Of a DNA stretch of 64,000 nucleotides, positions 18,304-26,466 are shown piece by piece. Location: assembly GCA_021324075.1 (NCBI GenBank), contig JAJPJW010000054.1, forward strand, positions 500 through 64,499. The letters are read 5' to 3'. Both the position numbers and the translations under genes were made by a program. The notes below the pieces were generated by a model. It was not told where the DNA came from and did not search any database. It saw nothing but the letters and a program-made list of their open reading frames with translations. This stretch comes from Pseudomonadota bacterium (GTDB lineage Bacteria; Oederibacteriota; Muellerivitia; Muellerivitales; Muellerivitaceae). The stretch's first letter is position 1, and each line of letters opens with the position of its first letter.

Positions 18304-19236
18304 ATGGCTTTTATTTCAGCCGTCATTCCGGTTTACCGCAGCGAAAAAACCCTTCCCGAACTTTACCTGCGCCTGAGGGCCGCCCTGGGGAAGGTCTCTC
18401 CCGATTACGAGATCCTGTTCGTCGACGACCACGGCGGCGACGGCTCCTGGAACGTCATCAGCGACCTCGTCCACCGGGACAAAAGGGTGGGCGGGATCCA
18501 GCTCAGCAAGAATTTCGGCCAGCACGCGGCCACCCTCTGCGGCATCCAGTGGTCCAAGGGCAAATGGATCGTCACCCTGGACGACGACCTGGAGCACCAG
18601 CCCGAATTCATCCCCAAGCTTTACAAAAAGGCCCTGGAGGGTTTCGACCTGGTTTACGGCGTCTATCCCCAGCGTTCCCACAGTTGGTGGCGCAACCTCA
18701 CGTCCCGGATAGCCCGGTTCCTCTTCCAGATGGCCATCCCTTCCTTGAATTTCGAATATACCTCCTTCCGCGTCATCCGGCGGGAGACCGCCCTGGCCCT
18801 TTCCCAATTCGATTCCCCCTTCCCCTTCGTGGACGGCTATCTTTCCTGGGCCACCAACTACTACGCCACCGTTCCCGTGGAGCACGGGAAGCGGGCCGAG
18901 GGGGGGAGCAATTACACCTTCGGGAAGCTCCTGTCCCACACCATCAATATTTTCGTCACTTTTTCCGACCTTCCCCTGAAGATGGCGGCTTGGATCGGCA
19001 TCTTTTCATTCGTGGGCGGTTTTTCCTGGCTGGTGGTCATTTTTTTAATGAAGGTTTTCGGTGAAATTACGGTCAACGGCTATACCTCCCTGATGGCGGC
19101 GTTGATCACGTTCAACGGCATCCAATTCTTCATCCTGGGGGTTTTCGGCTCCTACCTGGGAAGGATCAATTTCAAGACCTCCAAGCAACCCCTTTTCCTC
19201 GTGGGCTCCATCAAGGGTTGCGCGAAGCGCAAATAA
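18304..19236 (+). CDS. GT2 polyprenyl-phosphate sugar transferase, ArnC/GtrB/CsbB-like.
   Basis: GT2 fold 'ISAVIPVYRSEKTLPELY...ILFVDDHGGDGSWNVI' with a DxD-like 'LDDD' motif and two C-terminal TM helices, typical of ArnC/GtrB. Confidence 0.75.
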   Translation: MAFISAVIPVYRSEKTLPELYLRLRAALGKVSPDYEILFVDDHGGDGSWNVISDLVHRDKRVGGIQLSKNFGQHAATLCGIQWSKGKWIVTLDDDLEHQPEFIPKLYKKALEGFDLVYGVYPQRSHSWWRNLTSRIARFLFQMAIPSLNFEYTSFRVIRRETALALSQFDSPFPFVDGYLSWATNYYATVPVEHGKRAEGGSNYTFGKLLSHTINIFVTFSDLPLKMAAWIGIFSFVGGFSWLVVIFLMKVFGEITVNGYTSLMAALITFNGIQFFILGVFGSYLGRINFKTSKQPLFLVGSIKGCAKRK

Positions 19237-19270
19237 GATTTCGGGACTTTGACCGAAAAGCGAGGTTGTT

Positions 19271-19933
19271 TTGAAACCCATCGTCCTATTTGGAACAGGG
19301 CCTTACGCTTCGATGGTCCATCATTACCTTTCACGCCAGTCCGCCAGCCGGGTGGCGGCTTTTACCGTCGACGCCCAATACTCGCCCGGGGAGTCCTTTT
19401 GCGGGCTGAAGGTGGCCCCCTTCGCCGAAGTGGAACGGCTTTTCCCGCCGGCCGAGTATGACATGCTGGTTGCGGTGGGCTACAGCCAGGTCAACCGGAT
19501 CCGCGCCGAAAAATGCCGGGAGGCCAAGAGCAAAGGCTACCGTCTGGCTTCCTTCCTCCACCCCACCAACGTATTTTGGGACGGGTTCCAGCCCGGGGAG
19601 AACTGCATTTTTTTCGAAAACAACGTCTTCCAGCCCTTCTCGAAAATCGGCAACAACGTCTGCGTCTGGGCCGGAAGCGACATCTGCCACCACGCCGAGG
19701 TGGGGGACAACGTCTATATCGCGCCGGGAGTCGTCGTCTCCGGGGGGGTCCGGATCGGGGACAACAGTTTCATCGGTTCAAACGCGACGATCCGGGACCA
19801 GGTCAAGATCGGCAAAAACTGCGTGATCGGCGCCGGGGCCGTCATTCTCCACGACGTGGGGGACAATGAAGTCCATGCCGCCCCCGAACCCCGGCAGCTG
19901 TCCGTTAAAAGCAACGAGTTGAAGAATATCTGA
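19271..19933 (+). CDS. PglD/NeuD-family sugar N-acetyltransferase (left-handed beta-helix).
   Basis: N-terminal Rossmann-like 'MKPIVLFGTGPYASMV' followed by hexapeptide repeats ('IGNNVCVWAGSDICHHAEVGDNVYIAPGVVVSGGVRIGDNSFIGSNATI'). The start is TTG. Confidence 0.75.
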   Translation: MKPIVLFGTGPYASMVHHYLSRQSASRVAAFTVDAQYSPGESFCGLKVAPFAEVERLFPPAEYDMLVAVGYSQVNRIRAEKCREAKSKGYRLASFLHPTNVFWDGFQPGENCIFFENNVFQPFSKIGNNVCVWAGSDICHHAEVGDNVYIAPGVVVSGGVRIGDNSFIGSNATIRDQVKIGKNCVIGAGAVILHDVGDNEVHAAPEPRQLSVKSNELKNI

Positions 19934-19965
19934 GCGCCTGAAAAAACCTTAAGGCTTGGCCGACC

Positions 19966-21102
19966 ATGAACCTGATCCCTTTCAACAAACCCTTCCTGGT
20001 GGGAAGCGAGTTGGAGAACATCCGCCAGGCGCACGCCAACTGGCACTTGTCGGGGGACGGCCCCTTCACCCAGAAATGCCACCAGTGGCTGGAAAAATCC
20101 ATCGGGTCCCGAAAGGCCCTCCTGACCCATTCCTGCACGGCGGCCCTGGAAATGTCCGCCCTCCTCCTGGACCTGAAACCGGGCGATGAGGTCATCATGC
20201 CTTCCTACACCTTTGTTTCCACGGCCAACGCCTTTGCATTGCGCGGGGCAGTGCCGGTTTTCGTGGATGTGAGGCCCGACACCCTCAACCTGGATGAAAA
20301 CAAGGTGGAAGCCGCCATCACCCCCAAGACCAAAGCCATTGCGGTGGTCCATTACGCCGGGGTGTCCTGTGAGATGGACCGGTTTTTGGAAATCGCCCGC
20401 CGCCACCGCCTTTGGCTGGTGGAGGACGCGGCCCAGGGTATCGGTTCGAGCTACAAGGGGAAGGCCCTGGGCAACCTGGGCTCCTTGGGAGCCCTGAGCT
20501 TCCATGAGACGAAAAACATCATTTCGGGGGAGGGTGGGGTGCTCCTGGTCAATGACGAAGCTTTTGAGGAAAGGGCGGAGATCATCCGGGAGAAAGGCAC
20601 CAACCGGATCAAGTTCCGCAAAGGAATGGTGGATAAATACACCTGGGTGGACCTGGGTTCCTCCTACCTTCCCAGCGAGCTGATCGCGGCCTTCCTTTGG
20701 GCCCAGTTGGAGAATTTCGACGCCATCATGAAAAAACGCATGGACCTTTGGTTGGCCTACCACCAAGCCTTCGAAGACGCCGAGAGGAAAGGCTTCCTGC
20801 GCCGGCCCATCATTCCAAGGGACTGCCGGCACAACGCCCATATGTATTACCTGCTCCTGCCCCAAGCGGAAAGGCGCGCCGCCTTCCTGGCCGCCCTCAA
20901 CGAAGGCGGGGTGAACGCCGTCTTCCACTATGTGCCCCTCCACAGCTCCCCGGCTGGGCAGAAATACGGGAAGGCCCAGGGTTCCCTGGAGGTCACGACG
21001 GAGATGAGCGCCCGCATTGTGCGCCTTCCCCTTTGGATCGGGTTGGAAGGACAGCAGGCCACGGTGATCGAGAAGGTGTTGTCGGAATTAAAAAGAGGCT
21101 GA
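19966..21102 (+). CDS. DegT/DnrJ/EryC1-family PLP-dependent sugar aminotransferase, WecE-like (dTDP-4-keto-6-deoxyhexose transaminase).
   Basis: 'IPFNKPFLVGSELENI...DGPFTQKCHQWLE' and 'VIMPSYTFVSTANAF', 'HETKNI', 'REKGTNR' closely follow the E. coli WecE sequence as recalled from memory. Confidence 0.8.
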   Translation: MNLIPFNKPFLVGSELENIRQAHANWHLSGDGPFTQKCHQWLEKSIGSRKALLTHSCTAALEMSALLLDLKPGDEVIMPSYTFVSTANAFALRGAVPVFVDVRPDTLNLDENKVEAAITPKTKAIAVVHYAGVSCEMDRFLEIARRHRLWLVEDAAQGIGSSYKGKALGNLGSLGALSFHETKNIISGEGGVLLVNDEAFEERAEIIREKGTNRIKFRKGMVDKYTWVDLGSSYLPSELIAAFLWAQLENFDAIMKKRMDLWLAYHQAFEDAERKGFLRRPIIPRDCRHNAHMYYLLLPQAERRAAFLAALNEGGVNAVFHYVPLHSSPAGQKYGKAQGSLEVTTEMSARIVRLPLWIGLEGQQATVIEKVLSELKRG

Positions 21103-21119
21103 TTCGGCCGCAGTTGGGC

Positions 21120-21947
21120 CTATCGACGCTTCCAAAGGGCCCTAGATTTTTCCAGGGATTCCTCCATCAAGGCGCCGTCCCAGGCGACCGGGGAGGAAGT
21201 TTTAGTAAGCCATCGCAGGAAGACCACCAGGCTCATGGACAGGACGATAAAACCGTCCCAAACCGTCGTGCCCGCCCGGTAAAGGGGCACTTCCACCTCA
21301 AATTCATTGTCAATCTTGAAACCTTCCCGCGCCGAGATCAGCGCGATTTCCTGGGCGCAGGAGTATTTCACGCCACGGTAATACCTCAGGATAGGCTCTA
21401 AGGTTTTGACCTTCAAAAGCCTCAAGCCCGATTCCACGTCCCGGTATTTTTGCCCGGAGAGAAGGGAATTGGTCCAGGTCAGGAACCGGTTGCCCCAGAT
21501 TTTATAGGTCGGGTAAACCGAGAAATCACGGCGTGTCAGGACCACGTCGGCCCGGCGCGCCGCCAAGTGGCGCACAAGGGCGGGGATGTATTCGGGTTTG
21601 TGCTGTCCGTCGGCGTCAATGGTGACGACGACGTCCTCGGGTCCCGCCATTTTTTTTCCCGCCAGGTACAGGACGAAAAGGAAGCCCTGCTTCAAAGCGC
21701 CGGCCATTCCGGTGTTCGCCGGCAAGTCGACGATATAGGTGTTTTTCCTTTTCCTGGCGAAGGCCTTGAGCAGGGCCAGGCTTTTGTCCCGGGACCCGTC
21801 GTTGACGCAAACCAGGAAGTCCACCTGCCGGGCCAGGCGCGGCAGGATGTTGCCCAGGGTTTTTTCCTCGTTATAGACGGGCAGGACGACAATGGTTTTA
21901 GGCAAGGATTCCCTTTTCGAAGGATTTCGCTTTGAGGGTGCGGTCAA
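21120..21947 (-). CDS. GT2 glycosyltransferase, DPM1/polyprenol-phosphate-sugar synthase-like.
   Basis: 'IVVLPVYNEEKTLGNILPRL...VCVNDGSRDKS...TIDADGQH' GT2-A motifs. Confidence 0.7.
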   Translation of the reverse strand: MTAPSKRNPSKRESLPKTIVVLPVYNEEKTLGNILPRLARQVDFLVCVNDGSRDKSLALLKAFARKRKNTYIVDLPANTGMAGALKQGFLFVLYLAGKKMAGPEDVVVTIDADGQHKPEYIPALVRHLAARRADVVLTRRDFSVYPTYKIWGNRFLTWTNSLLSGQKYRDVESGLRLLKVKTLEPILRYYRGVKYSCAQEIALISAREGFKIDNEFEVEVPLYRAGTTVWDGFIVLSMSLVVFLRWLTKTSSPVAWDGALMEESLEKSRALWKRR

Positions 21948-22663
21948 GCCAGGGGATCGGGGCCCAGCCTCAACAAGAGGGCCCGGCCCAGGTATTTCAA
22001 CAACGTGGCCAACCCCAGTTTGGATTCCCCCCGGGTTCGGTCGACGAATTCAATGGGTGATTCCTCCACCTTCAGTCCCGCCCGGGTGCAGCGGTAAAGG
22101 ATTTCAGAAACCGTAAAGGGGTCGCGGGCGGCCAAGCTACGGACCTTGATTTTTTCCAAGGCCCTTCTTGAAAAAGCCCGGAAACCCGAGGTGGGATCCT
22201 TGGGTTTCAAGCCCAACACGACTTTCAGGTAATAGCGGGCGAAGTTACTGGTCCATTGGCGGTGGAAAGGGCGGTCCATATCCTTCCCACCGGGCATATA
22301 GCGGCTTCCGATGACCACGTCCGCCTTCCCGGATTCCAGGGGCGCCAGGAGGGCCGGGATGAACTTGGGCTGGTGGGAAAGATCGGCGTCCATTTCCACA
22401 ACGGCCCCCGCCCCCATTTGAAGGGCTTTTACGAAGCCGTCGCGGCCGGCCCAACCCCGGCCCTTGACGGAACGGTCCCGGAGCAACAGATGCAGTTTTT
22501 TGTCCTTTTTCATGAGCTTCCGGACTTCCTCGAAGGTGCCGTCCGGGGAGGAGTCGTCCACCACCAGCACCTGGGCCTGGGGGACGCTTTTATGGAGCTG
22601 TTTGACGAGTTCGCCGATATTGGCCCGTTCGTTGTAGGTGGGAACCATGACGATGGTTTTCAT
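21944..22663 (-). CDS. GT2 dolichyl/polyprenyl-phosphate mannose (hexose) synthase-like, DPM1/Ppm1 type.
   Basis: 'IVMVPTYNERANIGELVKQL...VLVVDDSSPDGT...EMDADLSHQP'. It overlaps the previous gene by 4 nt. Confidence 0.75.
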   Translation of the reverse strand: MKTIVMVPTYNERANIGELVKQLHKSVPQAQVLVVDDSSPDGTFEEVRKLMKKDKKLHLLLRDRSVKGRGWAGRDGFVKALQMGAGAVVEMDADLSHQPKFIPALLAPLESGKADVVIGSRYMPGGKDMDRPFHRQWTSNFARYYLKVVLGLKPKDPTSGFRAFSRRALEKIKVRSLAARDPFTVSEILYRCTRAGLKVEESPIEFVDRTRGESKLGLATLLKYLGRALLLRLGPDPLA

Positions 22664-22697
22664 CGGGGTACGCCTTCCGGAGGTTGATGCGACAAGA

Positions 22698-23825
22698 CTA
22701 GGTTTGTTTCAACTGTCTTTCCACGGCGGCCAGCATGTCTTTTTCCTTCAGGTTGTCCATGCAGGAAACCTTCTGGCTGCATTCGCCCTTGTAATAGTCC
22801 TGGCAGGGAAGGATGGGCAGGACCTTTTCACCCCGGCCGAAAAGGTCGATCTCGACGTCCGAGGTGGGCCCAAAGTAAGCCACGACCCTTTTGCCAAGGG
22901 CCACGGCCACGTGCAAGGCCAGGGTGTCGCCCGTCACCATCACATCGCTCAGGTTGACCAGTGCGGCGAACTGGCGCAGGGTGTTTTCGGTGCCCGTCGC
23001 CAGGCAGAGGCCCTTGAGCTTTTTGGCGAGGGCCGGCATGAGTTCCCGTTCCTCGGGCCCGCCGTAAAGCAGGATGCCGACCTTGGGATATTTTTTCTTC
23101 AATTGCCGGGCCAGCCATTCGAAGCCGTCCAGGCGCCAGCGCTTCATGGGCCAGCGGCCGCCCGAGCCGATATTGAAGCCGACGATCTTCTTGAACTTGG
23201 TGAGCTTGTTTTTCTTGGCGAAACCCGCGACGGCCCATTCCTTTTCCTTGGGCGTCAAGGCCAGCTGGGGTTCCTCTCCCTGGAATTTGAATCCGGCCAT
23301 TCGGAACAAATGGTCCTGGTAGGTCTTTTGGTTGGCCTTCTTGGCGGTGTCGAAGATGCCCATTTCAAACCATTCCTCGGCCAGGGGGTCGAGGGGGACC
23401 ACCGCACCTTCCTTGGAAAGACCGAAACCCTTTTTGACCGGGCTGTTGGCCAGGCCCAGGATGGCCGCGGCCTTGCGGCCCATATCGAAATTGAAGGCCT
23501 GGGTGAAGGCAACGGTCCCGAGGAGCCCGGGTAGGACCGGGTCCACCGGGAGGAGGACGTCGATATGGGGGTTCTTCTCCAAAAGCGGCTTGGAGGAATT
23601 TTCCGTCACCCACCAGATGGAAAGGCCCGGGCTGGACTTTTTGAAGGCCGGCAGAATGGAGGTGGAGCGAAGAACGTCGCCTGCGGCATCCAGCTTGACG
23701 ATAAGAACCCGTTGCTGGACGGGTTCGTAGCGTGGACAATCCCGGCAAACGACCCCCTCGGCCTTGTGGGGGGCACAGGGCTTCTCGCCGGTAAAATGGC
23801 GGCAGTCAGGCCTGAAATAAACCAT
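22698..23825 (-). CDS. GT9-family glycosyltransferase (heptosyltransferase-like) with an N-terminal Cys-rich extension.
   Basis: 'VLIVKLDAAGDVLRSTSILPA' is the GT9 N-terminal signature. The first 35 aa carry C8, C17, C27 and C30 ('CRHF...CAPH...CRDCP'). Confidence 0.7.
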   Translation of the reverse strand: MVYFRPDCRHFTGEKPCAPHKAEGVVCRDCPRYEPVQQRVLIVKLDAAGDVLRSTSILPAFKKSSPGLSIWWVTENSSKPLLEKNPHIDVLLPVDPVLPGLLGTVAFTQAFNFDMGRKAAAILGLANSPVKKGFGLSKEGAVVPLDPLAEEWFEMGIFDTAKKANQKTYQDHLFRMAGFKFQGEEPQLALTPKEKEWAVAGFAKKNKLTKFKKIVGFNIGSGGRWPMKRWRLDGFEWLARQLKKKYPKVGILLYGGPEERELMPALAKKLKGLCLATGTENTLRQFAALVNLSDVMVTGDTLALHVAVALGKRVVAYFGPTSDVEIDLFGRGEKVLPILPCQDYYKGECSQKVSCMDNLKEKDMLAAVERQLKQT

Positions 23826-24827
23826 CTAGGGCTGTCCCGGGGCCGGTGGAAGGCTGTGGTAGATGGCCACCCGGTCGGTTTGGACGGTCACCAAATCGCC
23901 GTTGGGAAGCACGCTTAGGGCGGTCATCCCGGGGAGGGGATGGGGGTTTTTGGGGTCCCCTTGCACCAGGACTCCCATTAATTTCCCATCGGTCGTATAG
24001 GCCCGGACGAATTTCCCGTCCTGGGAGGTCACGTAAAGGATATGGCGGGACAGGTCCACCGCTTCGGCCTGGGGAGGGTCCCCGAGGGAAATCGGCCTCT
24101 GGAAATGCCCTTCCGTATCCAAGACCTGGATACGGTTGTTGTCCCGGTCCACCACGTCGTAATGGCCCTGGCCGTCAAAGACAACCTGGTAGGGGCTGTT
24201 GAAGCCGTTCTTCCCGGACCCGTGCTGGCCCCAAGAGGCTAGGATGGCGCCCGAAGGGGCCACCTTGACGGTTCGGTGGCTGCCCGTGTCGGCAATGGCG
24301 AAATTAGACCCATCCCAGGCCAGGCCCCGGGGGCCGTAAAACCCCTTTCCGTTCAGATCCACGCTCAAAACGGGTTTTCCCTTGGCGTCAAAGCCGCGGA
24401 TGAGGGCGTTCCAGGTGTCCATCACGTAAATATTCCCGGAGGCGTCCGAAGCCAGGCAGGAAAACTCGCTGATGGTCGTCGGCCCGGCCTGTTTTTGGCC
24501 GATTTCCTGGAGAAATTTTCCCTGGGCGTCGAAAACCAGCAACCGCTTGTTTCCCTGGTCGCTGATGACGATCCGGCTATCGGGCAAGGCCATTACATCC
24601 CAAGCCTTGAAAGGTCCGCAGGGTTGGTCGGCCCCGCTGAAATCAAGGATGTCCTGGACGAAGACCTGTTTGGAGGTATTGGCCTTGTTAATGACGATGG
24701 AAACCATTTCGGCCAGGAGCAGGAAACCGAAGAAGATCAAAATGACGGCGATCAGCTTGCCGGAACGGCGCCCCCCTTTTCCCTTCGTCTTCTTTAAGGA
24801 AGATTTGCGTTGCGTCCTTTTCGCCAT
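23826..24827 (-). CDS. Membrane-anchored NHL-repeat beta-propeller protein.
   Basis: Lys/Arg-rich N-terminus and one TM. Repeats of the type 'VISDQGNKRLLVFDAQGKFLQEIG' and 'IADTGSHRTVKV'. Confidence 0.6.
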   Translation of the reverse strand: MAKRTQRKSSLKKTKGKGGRRSGKLIAVILIFFGFLLLAEMVSIVINKANTSKQVFVQDILDFSGADQPCGPFKAWDVMALPDSRIVISDQGNKRLLVFDAQGKFLQEIGQKQAGPTTISEFSCLASDASGNIYVMDTWNALIRGFDAKGKPVLSVDLNGKGFYGPRGLAWDGSNFAIADTGSHRTVKVAPSGAILASWGQHGSGKNGFNSPYQVVFDGQGHYDVVDRDNNRIQVLDTEGHFQRPISLGDPPQAEAVDLSRHILYVTSQDGKFVRAYTTDGKLMGVLVQGDPKNPHPLPGMTALSVLPNGDLVTVQTDRVAIYHSLPPAPGQP

Positions 24828-24950
24828 GAGGTTCCTCGCTTGATTTTGTGAAATCCGGTTTGAAAGAGCCCTAAAGATAACATGTTTGGGGGGTGTTTTG
24901 GCCCAGAAATTCCCCCGGGCCGGCCCGGGGGGCTTGGAAGGCGGCTTCGT

Positions 24951-25649
24951 TTAGTCGGTAAACCGGTAACGGATAAGGCAAACCACCGCCACCACCCCGT
25001 CCCGCCAGGTGATCTTTTTGCCCTCCCCAAAGCCCCGGCCGTGGTAGGAAATCGGCACTTCAAAGAGTTTGTAACCGCGCTTCAAGACCTTGGCGGTCAC
25101 TTCGGGTTCAAAGTCGAACCGGTTGGAGCGCAGTTTGAGGGAGCGAAGGATGTCCCCCTTGAAGGCCTTGTAGCAGGTTTCCATGTCGGTGAGGATGGTG
25201 CCGTAAAGCAGGTTGGTGATGTGGGTCAGCAGCTTGTTGCCCATGTAATGCAGGAACATGAAGGCCCGGTGGACGCCCATGAAACGGGAGCCGTAAACCA
25301 CGTCCGCCGAGCCGTTGAGGATGGGGGCCAGGACGGCCTTGTAGTCGTTGGGGTCGTATTCCAGGTCCGCGTCCTGGATGATCACGATGTCCCCCTTGGT
25401 ATGGGGGATGGCGGTACGGATGGCCGCACCCTTCCCCTGGTTTTTCTCGTGCCGCAGGATGAGCCCCCCGGGAATCTTCAGTTTCGCAAGGATCCGGGAC
25501 GTGCCGTCGGAGGAACCGTCGTTGACCAGGATAATTTGTTTTTTCATCCCGAAGAGCTTGACCGATTGCACCTTTTTTAAAAGGGGCGGGAGGGTTTTTT
25601 CTTCGTTATAAACCGGAACGATGATGGAAAGCAGGGATGGTTTCTTCAA
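24951..25649 (-). CDS. GT2 glycosyltransferase, DPM1-like.
   Basis: 'LSIIVPVYNEEKTLPPLLKKV...ILVNDGSSDGT...IIQDADLEYDP'. Confidence 0.7.
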   Translation of the reverse strand: MKKPSLLSIIVPVYNEEKTLPPLLKKVQSVKLFGMKKQIILVNDGSSDGTSRILAKLKIPGGLILRHEKNQGKGAAIRTAIPHTKGDIVIIQDADLEYDPNDYKAVLAPILNGSADVVYGSRFMGVHRAFMFLHYMGNKLLTHITNLLYGTILTDMETCYKAFKGDILRSLKLRSNRFDFEPEVTAKVLKRGYKLFEVPISYHGRGFGEGKKITWRDGVVAVVCLIRYRFTD

Positions 25650-25741
25650 CGGGACGGCCTCCTGTCGGGCAAGTCCGATGGATTCAAGGCCGGGTTACTT
25701 TATCGGAAGCCGCAACAATCCGCAATCCTTATGGGCGGCCG

Positions 25742-26464
25742 TCAGGATTTACGGTTTTTCCTGAACCCCACGCCGAAAAGGGAAAGGCCGACGGGCTTGG
25801 GGAGGAATTTTTCAATTTTCGAGGAAAAGCTGACGACGAAGTCGTAGAGCATCATCTGGGACTTGGGGATGATCTTGCGCCGGAGGATCTTTCCGTTGAA
25901 CCACCAGCCCAAAATGCCAAGAAGGTTCAAATAACGGCAGTATTCCACCTGGAAGCCAGCCCCAGCGATTTTCTCTTCGAGTTCCGGGCGGGAGTATCGC
26001 CGGAAGTGGCCGTAACTCTTGTCCATCGACCCATAGAGAAACTGGAAGGCCGGGACGAACAAGAGCAATTTGCCGCCCGGCGGAAGAAGGCGGAGGCACT
26101 GGTCGAGCACACCCCGGTCGTTTTCAATGTGTTCCAGGACGTTGACGCAAACGATGGTGTCGGGTTTAAACCGCTTGAGGGCGGAGAGGGGACGGTCCAA
26201 GTTGACCTTTTGGAAGGAAACCACTGCGGTTTTACCCAGACGGCGGCGGGCCGCCTCCAAATAACCGTCGTTGACGTCGGAGGCCAGGACCTTTCCATGC
26301 CGGGCGAAATAGCCCGTGAGGTTCCCGGTGCCGCAACCGATTTCCAGGATGCGGGTTCCCAAGTAAGGCTTCAGCATGCCGTAGATCCATTCGTTGTAAT
26401 GGACCGCGGCGGAAAGGTCGTCCAAGGTCTCCCTTTGGCCGTCCCAGGCTTTGGAAGCGGCCAT
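25742..26464 (-). CDS. Class I SAM-dependent methyltransferase.
   Basis: 'RILEIGCGTGNLTGYFARHGKVLASDVNDGYL' motif I and post-I. Confidence 0.7.
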   Translation of the reverse strand: MAASKAWDGQRETLDDLSAAVHYNEWIYGMLKPYLGTRILEIGCGTGNLTGYFARHGKVLASDVNDGYLEAARRRLGKTAVVSFQKVNLDRPLSALKRFKPDTIVCVNVLEHIENDRGVLDQCLRLLPPGGKLLLFVPAFQFLYGSMDKSYGHFRRYSRPELEEKIAGAGFQVEYCRYLNLLGILGWWFNGKILRRKIIPKSQMMLYDFVVSFSSKIEKFLPKPVGLSLFGVGFRKNRKS

Positions 26465-26466
26465 GC

